Shown here: positions 8,482-18,169 of the stretch, piece by piece | How positions within the stretch are numbered: the stretch's first letter is position 1 | Layout: every line of letters starts with the position of its first letter | NCBI GenBank assembly: GCA_964553015.1 | Contig: CAZKJE010000003.1 | Location: 1 to 51,741, forward strand | Direction: 5' to 3' | Length of the DNA stretch: 51,741 nucleotides | Source: an uncultured Candidatus Saccharibacteria bacterium | GTDB taxonomy: Bacteria; Patescibacteriota; Minisyncoccia; Phycocordibacterales; UBA9973 | Notes under the pieces: model-generated | Database searches by the model: none | What the model was told of the DNA's origin: nothing | Seen by the model: the letters and a program-made list of their open reading frames with translations, nothing else | Position numbers and translations under genes: made by a program

Positions 8482-9024
8482 ATGATTAATCTAATACCAA
8501 ACCAAGAAAAGAAAAAAAAGATAAAAGATTTTTACTTTAGGCTCGGGGTAGTAATTTTCTTCATGCTTGGTCTCTCAGTTTTTGTAGCTGTTCTCTCGAT
8601 TGCTCCCTCATATTTTCTTTCTTCGGTTCTCAAAAATGTCGCAGCTAAAAGGCTCGAAGCGCAAAAAAGCGAGCCAGTGCCCGCGGTGGATCAAGATTCG
8701 CTGAAAATAATGGAAGAGCTAGATAGCAAACTGCGCTTAATAGAGAATTCGGAGAAAAATACATACCTTGTTTCCCGATATGTTATAAACGAAATTATCG
8801 TTCAAAAAATGTCGGATATAAAAATAAACAGCATTAGTTATAAAAATGATCCAATTTCCGGCAAAGAAATAAATCTTCATGGCATAGCGCCCTCGCGCGA
8901 GCGCCTGCTCTTGTTTCGCCGAGCTTTAGAGGACGATGTCTTGTTTAAAAAAGTTGATCTGCCGATATCAAATTTCATAAAGGGCTCCAACATAGAATTT
9001 TATCTTAAATTGATTCCCTCATAA
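8482..9024 (+). CDS. pilN: PilN-like pilus assembly protein
   Basis: N-terminal MINLIPNQ motif, a single TM helix, and its position after pilM. Confidence 0.6.
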   Translation: MINLIPNQEKKKKIKDFYFRLGVVIFFMLGLSVFVAVLSIAPSYFLSSVLKNVAAKRLEAQKSEPVPAVDQDSLKIMEELDSKLRLIENSEKNTYLVSRYVINEIIVQKMSDIKINSISYKNDPISGKEINLHGIAPSRERLLLFRRALEDDVLFKKVDLPISNFIKGSNIEFYLKLIPS

Positions 9025-9029
9025 ATATT

Positions 9030-9584
9030 ATGCAGAACGATTCAAAAAAATTTAAAAAATTCAAAAAAGCGCCATTGCTATTTTCTGTAATGTTCCTTAT
9101 TTTGTGTTTTTCAGCTTTTTTGTTTATATACCAGAAAATAGGCCAGAATGAAAAGATAAGAGAGAGCATGAATGGGGAGTGGCAGACAGAAGCAACCCGC
9201 CGAGACGAGATACGGTCGCTAGAGCGTTCCATAAAAGCAATACAGGCAGAGCGCGAGCAGGTCGAAACCCATTTTGCGCAGAGCTCAAACGTAGTTCCAT
9301 TTTTAGATACAGTTGAAAAACTTGCGCGGGACGCCGGAGTAAGCTCGGAAGTCAGGTCTGTGGACATCGCCGAAGACAAATCAGAATTGATAGTCTCGCT
9401 TGAGACAAAAGGCACTTTTACATCAACCTACAGATTTATAAGGCTTTTGGAAAATTCTCCATATGAACTGGAGATTACTTCTTTTGATATAGGAAAAGGA
9501 CCAGCATCCACAGATGCCACTGGCAGCACCGCTCCCGTATGGGGAGGATTTTTCACTATTAAACTTTTAAGCTTTACTAAATGA
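9030..9584 (+). CDS. PilO-like pilus assembly protein
   Basis: N-terminal TM helix plus coiled coil, lying in the pil operon. Called by context only. Confidence 0.45.
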   Translation: MQNDSKKFKKFKKAPLLFSVMFLILCFSAFLFIYQKIGQNEKIRESMNGEWQTEATRRDEIRSLERSIKAIQAEREQVETHFAQSSNVVPFLDTVEKLARDAGVSSEVRSVDIAEDKSELIVSLETKGTFTSTYRFIRLLENSPYELEITSFDIGKGPASTDATGSTAPVWGGFFTIKLLSFTK

Positions 9585-9889
9585 ATATAAAAATATTTAA
9601 AAATAAAAAAAAGTTCAAAAAAGGAGGATTTCATACCAATCCCAATATTGGCTGGGAAATAATACTTTTTATAAATCTTTTTCTGGTAGCGTTCATACTT
9701 ATATTTGGAGTTTATCTTTTTATGCTCACAAATAAAGAGTCTGAGGCAGACGGGAGAGAGAGCGGTTCCCAGATTAAAATAGTAAAAAAAGATCGGATAG
9801 ATAAAGTGCTGGAATATTTTTCTTTGCGAGAAAAAAAATCAGCAGATATATTAAATTCTCCGTCGCCTCTCATTGACCCTTCACTGTAA
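9581..9889 (+). CDS. Hypothetical single-TM protein, last gene of the pil operon
   Basis: Its start overlaps the previous stop (ATGA). It has one TM helix, ILFINLFLVAFILIFGVYLFML. Confidence 0.5.
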   Translation: MNIKIFKNKKKFKKGGFHTNPNIGWEIILFINLFLVAFILIFGVYLFMLTNKESEADGRESGSQIKIVKKDRIDKVLEYFSLREKKSADILNSPSPLIDPSL

Positions 9890-9913
9890 AAGTGCTACTT
9901 TAAATAAGTATTT

Positions 9914-9989
9914 GCGCGGTTAGCTCAGTTGGTAGAGCAACCCGTTTACACCGGGAAGGTCGTAGGTTCGAGTCCTACACCGCGCACCA
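9914..9989 (+). tRNA. tRNA-Val (anticodon UAC), CCA encoded
   Basis: Acceptor GCGCGGT/ACCGCGC, D-arm GCTCAGTTGGTAGAGC, anticodon loop TTTACAC, T-arm GTAGG-TTCGAGT-CCTAC. Confidence 0.9.
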
Positions 9990-10000
9990 GTGCCCGATTT

Positions 10001-10072
10001 GCCCTTGTAGTTTAATGGATAAAACGAGGCTCTTCTAAGGCCTTGATGGAGGTTCGATTCCTCCCGAGGGCA
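10001..10072 (+). tRNA. tRNA-Arg (anticodon UCU)
   Basis: Acceptor GCCCTTG/CGAGGGC, anticodon stem AGGCT/GGCCT with loop CTTCTAA, T-loop TTCGATT. Confidence 0.85.
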
Positions 10073-10075
10073 CAG

Positions 10076-10801
10076 ATGAAAATCAAAATCTTATACGAAG
10101 ACTCAAATATTCTCGCCATAGAAAAACCCTCGGGAATTTCTGTGCACGCTGATGGGCGCATTAAAGAAAAAACTATAGCCGACTGGATATTGAAAAATTA
10201 TCCAAAAATGAAAAATGTGGGTGAAGATGAAACTTACGAATTTAAAAACGAAAAAATAGAAATAAAAAAGCCGGGAATTGTGCACAGACTGGATCGTGAT
10301 ACATCAGGAGTTCTACTTCTTGCAAAAAATCAGAAAGCCTATGAATTTCTAAAAAAGCAATTCCAGAATAGAGAAATAAAAAAGATTTACGTAGCTATAG
10401 TTTCCGGCAATGTAAAAAACGAAAGAGGGATCGTAAACAAGCCAATAGGCCGAAGCCCGAAAGATTTCAGACGGTATTCTGCCGGCAGAGGCGCCCGTGG
10501 GGAAATGCGTGAAGCTGTGACGGAATATAGAGTTCTAAAAAGATTTGAAGAAAAAAAACTGCATTTTACAGTTTTAGAAGTCAGGCCAAAGACCGGCCGG
10601 ACGCATCAGATCCGCGTGCATATGAAATATTTAAATCATCCGATAGTCGGCGACGCGCTTTATAATCCCGACAATCCGTCGCCCAAAGGCATTTCCCGAA
10701 TGGCTCTACATGCCAAGTCTATTGAGTTTAAAAACTTAAAAGGTGAGACGTTAAAAATAGAATCTAAATTGCCGAAAGAGTTTGAAAAATTGCAAAAATA
10801 A
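10076..10801 (+). CDS. RluA/RluD-family pseudouridine synthase (no S4 domain)
   Basis: HRLDRDTSGVLLLAKN catalytic motif and GRTHQIRVH motif. The start is set at ATG 10076 because the longer ORF overlaps tRNA-Arg. Confidence 0.85.
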   Translation: MKIKILYEDSNILAIEKPSGISVHADGRIKEKTIADWILKNYPKMKNVGEDETYEFKNEKIEIKKPGIVHRLDRDTSGVLLLAKNQKAYEFLKKQFQNREIKKIYVAIVSGNVKNERGIVNKPIGRSPKDFRRYSAGRGARGEMREAVTEYRVLKRFEEKKLHFTVLEVRPKTGRTHQIRVHMKYLNHPIVGDALYNPDNPSPKGISRMALHAKSIEFKNLKGETLKIESKLPKEFEKLQK

Positions 10802-10827
10802 ACTCTTTATGTTAGATTAAACCGGCA

Positions 10828-11247
10828 ATGGCAGGAAATAAAATCAATACAATAAAGTTCAGTCCGGTAGACATGGAAGAGCGAAAAAAGCTTAATTTCA
10901 AGTCTGGAGACACTGTGAACGTATCTTCAAAAATTCTGGACGAAAAAGGCAAATACCGATTGCAGGCTTTTGAAGGCATCGTCCTAGCGCGAAAGCACGG
11001 CACTGAAGCAGGAGCGACTTTTACAGTTCGCAAAGTGGCCTCCGGCGTAGGCGTTGAAAGAATTTTCCCGCTGTACTCTCCGATGATAGGAAAAATTGAA
11101 ATAACTAAAAGATCTCGTGCTCGCAGATCCAAGCTGTACTACATTCGCACTAAGGCTGTGAAAGACGTGCGCAGCAAGATGCGTTCGGTAACTAATCAAG
11201 CTGACGTAGAGCTTGAAGCAGAAGCTGCAGAAAAATCCGCAGAATAA
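10828..11247 (+). CDS. rplS: 50S ribosomal protein L19
   Basis: FKSGDTVNV..RLQAFEGIVLARKH..TFTVRK...GVERIFPLYSP pattern. Confidence 0.9.
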   Translation: MAGNKINTIKFSPVDMEERKKLNFKSGDTVNVSSKILDEKGKYRLQAFEGIVLARKHGTEAGATFTVRKVASGVGVERIFPLYSPMIGKIEITKRSRARRSKLYYIRTKAVKDVRSKMRSVTNQADVELEAEAAEKSAE

Positions 11248-11284
11248 TTTTTCTCTAATTATTATTCTGATATAATATTCGAAT

Positions 11285-11371
11285 GCCCAGGTGGAGAAAC
11301 TGGTAGACTTTTATCCTTGAGGTGGATAAGTCCGTAAGGACGTGGGGGTTCGAGTCCCCCCCTGGGCACCA
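11285..11371 (+). tRNA. tRNA-Leu (anticodon GAG), CCA encoded
   Basis: Acceptor GCCCAGG/CCTGGGC, anticodon loop TTGAGGT, long variable arm GTCC-gtaa-GGAC, T-arm GGGGG-TTCGAGT-CCCCC. Confidence 0.9.
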
Positions 11372-11404
11372 GAAAAGAAGTTTTAGTGTAAAATATAGCT
11401 AATC

Positions 11405-14032
11405 ATGCAAATAATCAAACAATCATGGTCCTTGTCTGCGTCCGAAGTGTTTGACGAGCTTAAGACATCTGAAAGGGGTATAACCGAAAAAGAAGCGGAA
11501 TCACGTTTATTTAAATACGGCAAAAATATTTTTCATGGAAAGGGGAAAACTAATCCTGCCCTTTTATTTCTTAAGCAGTTTTTGAGTCCGCTCATATTCC
11601 TGCTGATAGGCTCTGTTGTGCTCACATCCATCCTTCATGAATGGCTTAATATGTGGGTAGTTTTGTTTGTCGTCATTTTAAACGTTGCTCTCGGATTTTT
11701 TCATGAATACAGCGCAGAAAACACTTTGGAAAAACTGAAGACATATATAAAAGACAGAGCAAGGGTGATAAGAGGCGGGGTAGAACAAGAGATAGATTCA
11801 GAGCTTGTTGTGCCCGGAGATGTAATCAAACTTTCTTACGGCGCTCGCATACCGGCGGACGGGCGCATAATATCTATTAACAATTTTAGTGTTGATGAAG
11901 CGATACTGACAGGAGAGGCCCTGCCAGTAGAAAAAACTGAAGGCCCAGTCAGCGTCAGCGCTCTTGTGGCCGAGAGAAAAAACATTGCGCACGCGGGAAC
12001 GCTCGTGGTGCAGGGGTACGCCATAGCCGTAGTCACGGCGACCGGCAATGACACAGAGATAGGACAGATCGCAGGCATAGTTTCCAAAACTACCAAAACA
12101 AAAACGCCTCTTCAGAAAGGAGTCGATCGCCTCGCATGGATTATTTTCTCTGTAGTTATTTTGATTGTGGCGGGAATTTTAGTTTTAGGAATTATTCGCG
12201 GCGAGTCTTTTATAGAAATGCTTTTATTATCCTCTGCCGTTGCCGTGGGGGCTGTGCCGGAATCTCTGCCTATTGCGCTTACTGTGATCTTGGCGATCGG
12301 CTCGCTGCGCATTGCCGAGAAAAGAGGAGTCGTCAGAAAACTAACCGCAGCAGAAACTCTGGGATCTACGACCGTGATCATGACAGATAAAACAGGGACG
12401 CTCACCATGGCAAACATGAAGCTCACCGGAATTTATGGAACGCACGACATTCTTAATTTCGGTAGTTCTTTGAAGGAAAATGATGCCTTTACTAGTGAAC
12501 AAAAATCCCTGCTTGAAATGGCGATGTTTAATGTGGATGTCTCGGTGGAAAATCCAAATGAAGATAAAAATAAATGGACTTTTAAAGGGCGTCCGTTTGA
12601 AGTGAACATCGTAAAAGCTTCCCGTTTACACGACATACCTCTTCATTTTTTCTCTTCTTCTATTTCACACTTGGTTCTGCCTTTCAATTCTACGAATAAA
12701 TTTTCTGTAGCGGAAAAAGACGGCATGTATATCCTGATGGGAGCGCCGGACATCCTTCTCAAAAAGTCAACGCTTTCCAAAGAAGAATATTTGAAGATAG
12801 AAGCTTGGATAGATAAAGAAAGCCGGGACGGCAAGAGATTGATAGGTATTGCAAAACTGGCAAAAAAACATCCTAAAAAACCTGCCCGCGCAGGCCGGGA
12901 ATTTTCGATTTCAGAATTAGAGAGAATTGATTTTCTCGGCATGTTCACTTTTGTGGATCCCATCCGGCCCGAAGTGCCAGCTGCTATAAAAAATATTAAA
13001 TCTCACGGCATAAAAATGGTTCTGGTGACGGGAGATTTGATAGGGACCGCGCTTTCTGTAGCTAAAGACTTGAACTGGCACGTAAAGGAAGATGAAGTTT
13101 TGGGAGGGGCCGACGTTCGGGCGCTATCTGACGAAGATCTGCTAAAAATAATTCCTAAAATTAAGATTTTTGCGCGGGTAACGCCGGAAGATAAATTGCG
13201 CATCGGACTCTTATATCAAAAGCTCGGCGAAGTTGTCGCCATGACCGGAGATGGAGTCAACGATGCTCCGGCTCTGAAGGCTATGGACATAGGTATATCG
13301 CTTGGTTCTGGCAGCGATGTGGCCAAAAGCGCAGCTGATCTTGTACTCCTTGATGATAATTTTGAAACTATCTCGCTTGCCATAGACGAAGGCAGAAAGA
13401 TATTGGCCAATATAAGGAAAACTTTCGTCTACCTCATGTCCAACTCTCTGGATGAAGTGTTTATCATAGGCGGAAGCCTTATTTTTTCTCTGCCTCTGCC
13501 TTTGACGGCGCTTCAGATAATCTGGGTGAATCTTTTTACAGGATCCTTGCCGGCGCTCGCTTTTGCTTTTGAAGAAGATATTGACGGAGAAAAGTTCACT
13601 GGCAGGGAGTTAACGCTTATTTTTTCCAAAGAAGTAAAATTGCTTACGTTCGGCATTGGCGTGCTTAGCTCACTTTTGCTTTTTTTGCTTCACTATGTAA
13701 TGACAAAAATAGGCTTGGATATGGCGGTGGCTCGGGCTATATTTTTTGTCTGCTTTTCTTCATATATATTATTTATTGCTTTTTCTTTTCGCTCTTTGCG
13801 GCTTCCTCTCTTTTCGTATAAAGTTTTTTCAAACAAAAAATTAAATTGGGGCATACTTGTCGGTATAGCGCTGCTCGTATTTACAATGAGCACGCCCTTT
13901 ATGCGCGAAATATTTACACTTTCGCCACTGCCTCTGTACTCTGCGCCGATAATTATCGGCTGGCTTATACTAAATATCTTGCTGGTAGAAGGCGCAAAAT
14001 ACATCATGAGAAAAAGCGGAGCGCATTCCTAA
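11405..14032 (+). CDS. P-type cation-transporting ATPase (Ca2+/Mg2+-type, P2-like)
   Basis: DKTGTLT phosphorylation motif, TGDLIGTA and MTGDGVNDAPAL hinge motifs, and multiple TM helices. Confidence 0.9.
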   Translation: MQIIKQSWSLSASEVFDELKTSERGITEKEAESRLFKYGKNIFHGKGKTNPALLFLKQFLSPLIFLLIGSVVLTSILHEWLNMWVVLFVVILNVALGFFHEYSAENTLEKLKTYIKDRARVIRGGVEQEIDSELVVPGDVIKLSYGARIPADGRIISINNFSVDEAILTGEALPVEKTEGPVSVSALVAERKNIAHAGTLVVQGYAIAVVTATGNDTEIGQIAGIVSKTTKTKTPLQKGVDRLAWIIFSVVILIVAGILVLGIIRGESFIEMLLLSSAVAVGAVPESLPIALTVILAIGSLRIAEKRGVVRKLTAAETLGSTTVIMTDKTGTLTMANMKLTGIYGTHDILNFGSSLKENDAFTSEQKSLLEMAMFNVDVSVENPNEDKNKWTFKGRPFEVNIVKASRLHDIPLHFFSSSISHLVLPFNSTNKFSVAEKDGMYILMGAPDILLKKSTLSKEEYLKIEAWIDKESRDGKRLIGIAKLAKKHPKKPARAGREFSISELERIDFLGMFTFVDPIRPEVPAAIKNIKSHGIKMVLVTGDLIGTALSVAKDLNWHVKEDEVLGGADVRALSDEDLLKIIPKIKIFARVTPEDKLRIGLLYQKLGEVVAMTGDGVNDAPALKAMDIGISLGSGSDVAKSAADLVLLDDNFETISLAIDEGRKILANIRKTFVYLMSNSLDEVFIIGGSLIFSLPLPLTALQIIWVNLFTGSLPALAFAFEEDIDGEKFTGRELTLIFSKEVKLLTFGIGVLSSLLLFLLHYVMTKIGLDMAVARAIFFVCFSSYILFIAFSFRSLRLPLFSYKVFSNKKLNWGILVGIALLVFTMSTPFMREIFTLSPLPLYSAPIIIGWLILNILLVEGAKYIMRKSGAHS

Positions 14033-14070
14033 TTGGCAATTCATCCTTTTTCTGTTAGATTAAAGTACAT

Positions 14071-14143
14071 GGTGCCTATGGTGTAATGGTTAGCACTAGA
14101 GCTTGTGGAGCTCTTAGTCAGGGTTCGAATCCCTGTAGGCACC
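14071..14143 (+). tRNA. tRNA-His (anticodon GUG) with encoded G-1
   Basis: G-1 plus acceptor GTGCCTA/TAGGCAC, anticodon loop TTGTGGA, T-arm CAGGG-TTCGAAT-CCCTG, discriminator C. Confidence 0.9.
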
Positions 14144-14146
14144 CAT

Positions 14147-14536
14147 TTATTTCTTCTCTATTTCTTTCTCCAGTTTGGAAATTTTTTCTTCCACTTTTTC
14201 CAGGCTCTCCTCTATGTTTTCAATATCGCGCGCTTCTTCTTTTATTACCGCTTCTTCCTTTTCGGTAAGCTTTTTTTCGCCGAGCAATCCGGATATGATG
14301 ACTTTGTTTCCGATAAAAGTTGATACAAATACTCCGGTAATAAGTAAAATTACCGAGCCGAGCACGATAGATTCTACGCTCCCCAGATTCACTTCGTCAG
14401 AAATATGCCAGACTCCGCGCCAAAATAAGACAACACCTATGCCGCCTAAAAATCCATAAATTATCGGATAGTGGCTCAAAGCCGCCCTTACTTTGTCTTC
14501 TAATTTGTCGAAAAATTTTACAATCTCTTTTACCAT
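14147..14536 (-). CDS. Hypothetical membrane protein with a Glu/Lys-rich coiled-coil tail
   Basis: Two TM helices followed by KEEAVIKEEARDIENIEESLEKVEEKISKLEKEIEKK. Confidence 0.55.
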   Translation of the reverse strand: MVKEIVKFFDKLEDKVRAALSHYPIIYGFLGGIGVVLFWRGVWHISDEVNLGSVESIVLGSVILLITGVFVSTFIGNKVIISGLLGEKKLTEKEEAVIKEEARDIENIEESLEKVEEKISKLEKEIEKK

Positions 14537-14637
14537 CCCAGTACTAAAATTTTAAGTAATAATCTTTATCGTTATGCCCCGTAATCAAAAATTTAGTACG
14601 GGACAAGTGTATTGCTTAATAATACACTAAGAGTAGA

Positions 14638-15237
14638 ATGATTTCCATAATGTGGAATGATGAAAATCTAATAAGAATATTAAAAGACGGGAGAATAGCC
14701 GTCATGCCGACTGATACTATATATGGAATTGTCGGAAGAGCTCTAAACGAGCCTACGGTTAATCGCATTTATAATATTAAAAAAAGGCAGCCGGAGAAGC
14801 CGTGCATAATTCTTATTTCCGGTATAAAAGAATTAGAAAAATTTTCAGTAGATATAACTGCATTACAGAAAGAAAAATTAGAAAATTATTGGACACAAAA
14901 TTCTTTATCCTTCAGGCAATCTCAGGATCTTCGACCGATAAGCATTATTTTAGATTGCGCAGATAGCAAATTTTCATATTTGCATCGCGGGACGAATACT
15001 CTGGCATTCAGAATGCCCGCTCAAGAAGAATTGAGAAACTTGCTAAAACAAACCGGCCCGCTCATCGCGCCCTCAGCTAATCCCGAAGGCCTGTCTCCGG
15101 CTCAAGATATTGCAGGAGCTAAAAAATATTTTGCTAATTCTGTTGACTTATATATAGATGGCGGGGAAATAGAAGGTAAGCCGTCCAGAGTTATAAAATT
15201 GCATAAAGATGGCGCAGAAAGTATACTTAGAGGGTAA
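14638..15237 (+). CDS. tsaC: L-threonylcarbamoyladenylate synthase (YrdC/TsaC family)
   Basis: PTDTIYGIVGRA, IYNIKKRQPEKP and APSANPEG motifs. Confidence 0.85.
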   Translation: MISIMWNDENLIRILKDGRIAVMPTDTIYGIVGRALNEPTVNRIYNIKKRQPEKPCIILISGIKELEKFSVDITALQKEKLENYWTQNSLSFRQSQDLRPISIILDCADSKFSYLHRGTNTLAFRMPAQEELRNLLKQTGPLIAPSANPEGLSPAQDIAGAKKYFANSVDLYIDGGEIEGKPSRVIKLHKDGAESILRG

Positions 15238-15767
15238 TGCCAAACAAACACCTTTCATTTTTAGCATCGCTTTTCGGCGAAACGGAGGAGGCTCGAAAGA
15301 GAATATTTCGCAGCATAAAAGCGAAAGCTGACGCAAAGCGAACACCTACCGAAAAAATAGCAGATTGGATGACTTGCAAGTTCGGCAGCAACACATTCTT
15401 GTTATTCAACATTGCGCTGTTTGTTGTATGGGTTCTAATAAACACTAACCAGATAAAATTTATTCCTTCGTTTGACCCGTTTCCTTTCAATTTGCTTACG
15501 ACGATAGTATCGCTGGAAGCTATTATTCTTGCGATATTTGTCCTTATTTCCCAGAATCGCACAGCCAAAGTAGACGATCTCCGCGAAGAAACCCACCTTC
15601 AGCTCAATCTTATTTCAGAAAAAGAAGTTACCAAGCTCATAAAGATGATGGCCTTACTTTTGGAAAAGCAGGGGATAGATTTGTCAGAGGATCCGGAATT
15701 GCACAAAATGATCCGTCCGGTTTCCGAGGAAGAAATAGAAAAAAGATTAGAAAGAGAAATTTTATAA
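15237..15767 (+). CDS. DUF1003-like membrane protein
   Basis: FDPFPFNLLTTIVSLEAIILAIFVLISQNR pattern. Confidence 0.6.
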   Translation: MPNKHLSFLASLFGETEEARKRIFRSIKAKADAKRTPTEKIADWMTCKFGSNTFLLFNIALFVVWVLINTNQIKFIPSFDPFPFNLLTTIVSLEAIILAIFVLISQNRTAKVDDLREETHLQLNLISEKEVTKLIKMMALLLEKQGIDLSEDPELHKMIRPVSEEEIEKRLEREIL

Positions 15768-15768
15768 T

Positions 15769-16800
15769 ATGAAGATTCATGAAAGCCATAATTTATCCAA
15801 ATTAAACACTTTTGGCATTTCCGCAAATGCTAAATTTTTCGTAGAAATAGAAAAAGAAGAGGAGCTCAAAGAACTTTTTACAAATTCAATTTTTACTGGT
15901 AATAAAAATTTTTTTCTGGGCGGAGGAAGTAATGTTTTATTTACAAAAGATTTCGACGGGATTGTGGTTTTAAATAAGTTAAAGGGTATAGAAATTTTAA
16001 GCGAGAACGAAAATTCAGTTACAATTCGGGCCATGGGGGGCGAAATATGGCACGACTTGGTGATATTTGCAGGACAGCGCGGCTATTGGGGCATAGAAAA
16101 TCTATCCCTTATTCCCGGAACAGTCGGCGCGGCGCCGATGCAGAATATAGGAGCGTATGGCGCAGAGCTAAAAAATACTCTTATTTCAGTTGAAGCATAT
16201 GAGATAGCAAACGGAGAAAAGAAAATTTTTACAAAAGAAGAGTGCAAGCTGGGGTACAGAGACAGTATTTTTAAAAATGACTTCAAGGGAAAATATTTTA
16301 TCTCGGCAATTACTCTAAATCTCAAAAAGCATGGCGAAGGAGATATACATTACAAAATACTTAGGGAATATTTTAAAAAAAATAACATAGAAGCAACGCA
16401 TCCGAAAGTTATCAGCGAAGCCGTGGCAGAAATACGAAGAAGCAAGCTGCCAGATCCGAAAATAATCGGAAACGCAGGCAGTTTTTTTAAAAATGTTTTT
16501 GTAACTGAAGAGAAATTAAAAAAACTGCAGACATCATATCCAGACATTTCTTATTTTGAAGAAGACGGAGTTTTCAAAATTCCCGCAGGCTGGCTGATAG
16601 AAAAATGTGGCCCCGAAAACGGGGCAAGCTGGAAAGGGCGTAGAGTTGGAAACGTGGGTGTACATGACAAGCAGGCTTTAGTTTTGGTAAATCACGGCGG
16701 AGCGACAGGGGCGGACATAGTAGAGCTCGCGAATAAAATAATAAAGTCAGTAAAAGACAAATTTGACCTTATCCTTGCTCCGGAGGTCAATATTGTGTAA
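15769..16800 (+). CDS. murB: UDP-N-acetylenolpyruvoylglucosamine reductase
   Basis: LSKLNTFGI.., FFLGGGSNVLF FAD-binding motif, and a C-terminal GSFFKN / GWLIEKCG pattern. Confidence 0.9.
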   Translation: MKIHESHNLSKLNTFGISANAKFFVEIEKEEELKELFTNSIFTGNKNFFLGGGSNVLFTKDFDGIVVLNKLKGIEILSENENSVTIRAMGGEIWHDLVIFAGQRGYWGIENLSLIPGTVGAAPMQNIGAYGAELKNTLISVEAYEIANGEKKIFTKEECKLGYRDSIFKNDFKGKYFISAITLNLKKHGEGDIHYKILREYFKKNNIEATHPKVISEAVAEIRRSKLPDPKIIGNAGSFFKNVFVTEEKLKKLQTSYPDISYFEEDGVFKIPAGWLIEKCGPENGASWKGRRVGNVGVHDKQALVLVNHGGATGADIVELANKIIKSVKDKFDLILAPEVNIV

Positions 16801-16829
16801 AAAATTATTAGGTATATAATAAAATTATT

Positions 16830-17276
16830 ATGGAAAAGAAAAAAGAAATGAATATAGTTTGGGCAGTATTGATCTGCTTAGCTTTAGCTGGAGTATTAAT
16901 TTTTATCAGTATAAACAAGAAAGTAAATATGGATTCAAGTAATGATTTAGGAGGAGGAGCGAATGTTGTAACGGCAGGAGAAGTTGCAAAAATAGGCGAC
17001 ACGGTTTCCATGAATTATACCGGACGGCTCGCTGACGGCACAGTTTTTGATTCAAATGTTGATCCGAAGTTTCAGCACGTAGAGCCTTTTGTGTTTTCTC
17101 TTGGTGCAGGGCAGGTGATTGCCGGTTGGGATGAAGGCATAGTCGGTATGAAAGTCGGAGAGAAAAAAACCTTAGTAATTCCACCGGAGAAAGCGTATGG
17201 ACCAAATGATTACGGCCCAATTCCCGGAAATTCTACGCTCACCTTTGATGTAGAGCTTGTAGAAATTATTAAATAA
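16830..17276 (+). CDS. FKBP-type peptidyl-prolyl cis-trans isomerase with an N-terminal membrane anchor
   Basis: YTGRLADGTVFDSN..FSLGAGQVIAGWDEGIVGMKVGEKK..IPPEKAYG pattern. Confidence 0.9.
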   Translation: MEKKKEMNIVWAVLICLALAGVLIFISINKKVNMDSSNDLGGGANVVTAGEVAKIGDTVSMNYTGRLADGTVFDSNVDPKFQHVEPFVFSLGAGQVIAGWDEGIVGMKVGEKKTLVIPPEKAYGPNDYGPIPGNSTLTFDVELVEIIK

Positions 17277-17285
17277 TTAAAATAT

Positions 17286-18086
17286 ATGGAAATATCAAGC
17301 AAAGAAAAATCAAATTTAATGAAAGCGGCGGGCATGCTCGCGATCGTAGTCGCTATCTTCTTTTTAGTAAAAATAGTGGCCGAGGTGAAAGGCCTGCGCT
17401 TTATAGGCGGAGGCGTACCATCAGGCAATACCATTAGCTTTGACGGCAAAGGAGAAGTAACAGCAGCTCCCGATCTCGCAGTGGTAAATCTTACTTTGAG
17501 AAGTGAAGCCAAGGAAGCAAAAGAGGCGCAAAGTAAAGTTACTACGACAGAGAAAGCAGTACTAAGTTTCTTAGAAAAAAGCGGCATAGCCAAGAAAGAT
17601 ATAAAAACCGAGAGCTATAATTCTTATCCGAAGTATGATTACGGTACGCCTTGTTATGGAGGCTACGGCATGCCTTGCAGGCAGGAAGCGCCTAAAGTTA
17701 TCGGCTACGAAGTGTCTGAAAATATCTCTGTAAAAATTCGTGATCTCGCTAAGGCTGGTGAAATTGTATCTGCTGTAGGCGCTTTAGGGGTCACAGAAAT
17801 AAGCGGACCGAATTTCTCGATTGAGAAAGAAGATGAGCTCAAAGCGCAGGCTCGCAAGATAGCTATCGATGAGGCAAAGGCAAAAGCCGAAACGCTCGCA
17901 AATGATCTCGGCGTTCGCCTTGTACGAATCGTAAATTTTTCTGAAAACGGAAATTATCCTATGCTATATGCGGCTAAAAGTATGATGGCGGAAGACAGTG
18001 TTTCTTCTCCGGCACCATCTCCTGAACTGCCTACCGGAGAGACAAAGATAACCTCCAACGTCACAATAACTTACGAAATCAGGTAA
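17286..18086 (+). CDS. SIMPL (DUF541) domain protein
   Basis: GKGEVTAAPDLAVVNLTL...KDIKTESYNSYPKYDY pattern with an N-terminal TM helix. Confidence 0.7.
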   Translation: MEISSKEKSNLMKAAGMLAIVVAIFFLVKIVAEVKGLRFIGGGVPSGNTISFDGKGEVTAAPDLAVVNLTLRSEAKEAKEAQSKVTTTEKAVLSFLEKSGIAKKDIKTESYNSYPKYDYGTPCYGGYGMPCRQEAPKVIGYEVSENISVKIRDLAKAGEIVSAVGALGVTEISGPNFSIEKEDELKAQARKIAIDEAKAKAETLANDLGVRLVRIVNFSENGNYPMLYAAKSMMAEDSVSSPAPSPELPTGETKITSNVTITYEIR

Positions 18087-18088
18087 AA

Positions 18089-18166
18089 CCCCTCCCAGCC
18101 TCCCCTTGTCAGGGGAGGAAGAATTCAAAAGTCCCCTTGATAAGGGGGATTTAGGGGGTTGTATTT
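18089..18166 (+). repeat. REP-like double-hairpin intergenic element, copy A
   Basis: CCTCCCCT-tgtc-AGGGGAGG and CCCCTT-gat-AAGGGG hairpins, then TTAGGGGGTTGTATTT. Near-identical to 36908-36980. Confidence 0.75.
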
Positions 18167-18169
18167 TGT

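Noticed and set aside
10043-10075. N-terminal extension of the RluD-like ORF
   Set aside because: It overlaps tRNA-Arg(UCU) at 10001-10072. The conserved protein begins at MKIKILYED (10076).
14568-14628. Two hairpins in the divergent spacer upstream of tsaC: CCCGTA-N13-TACGGG and the 8-bp AGTGTATT-N7-AATACACT
   Set aside because: They are real inverted repeats, but single-copy and with no clear link to promoters. I cannot tell an operator from chance in a 100-nt AT-rich spacer.
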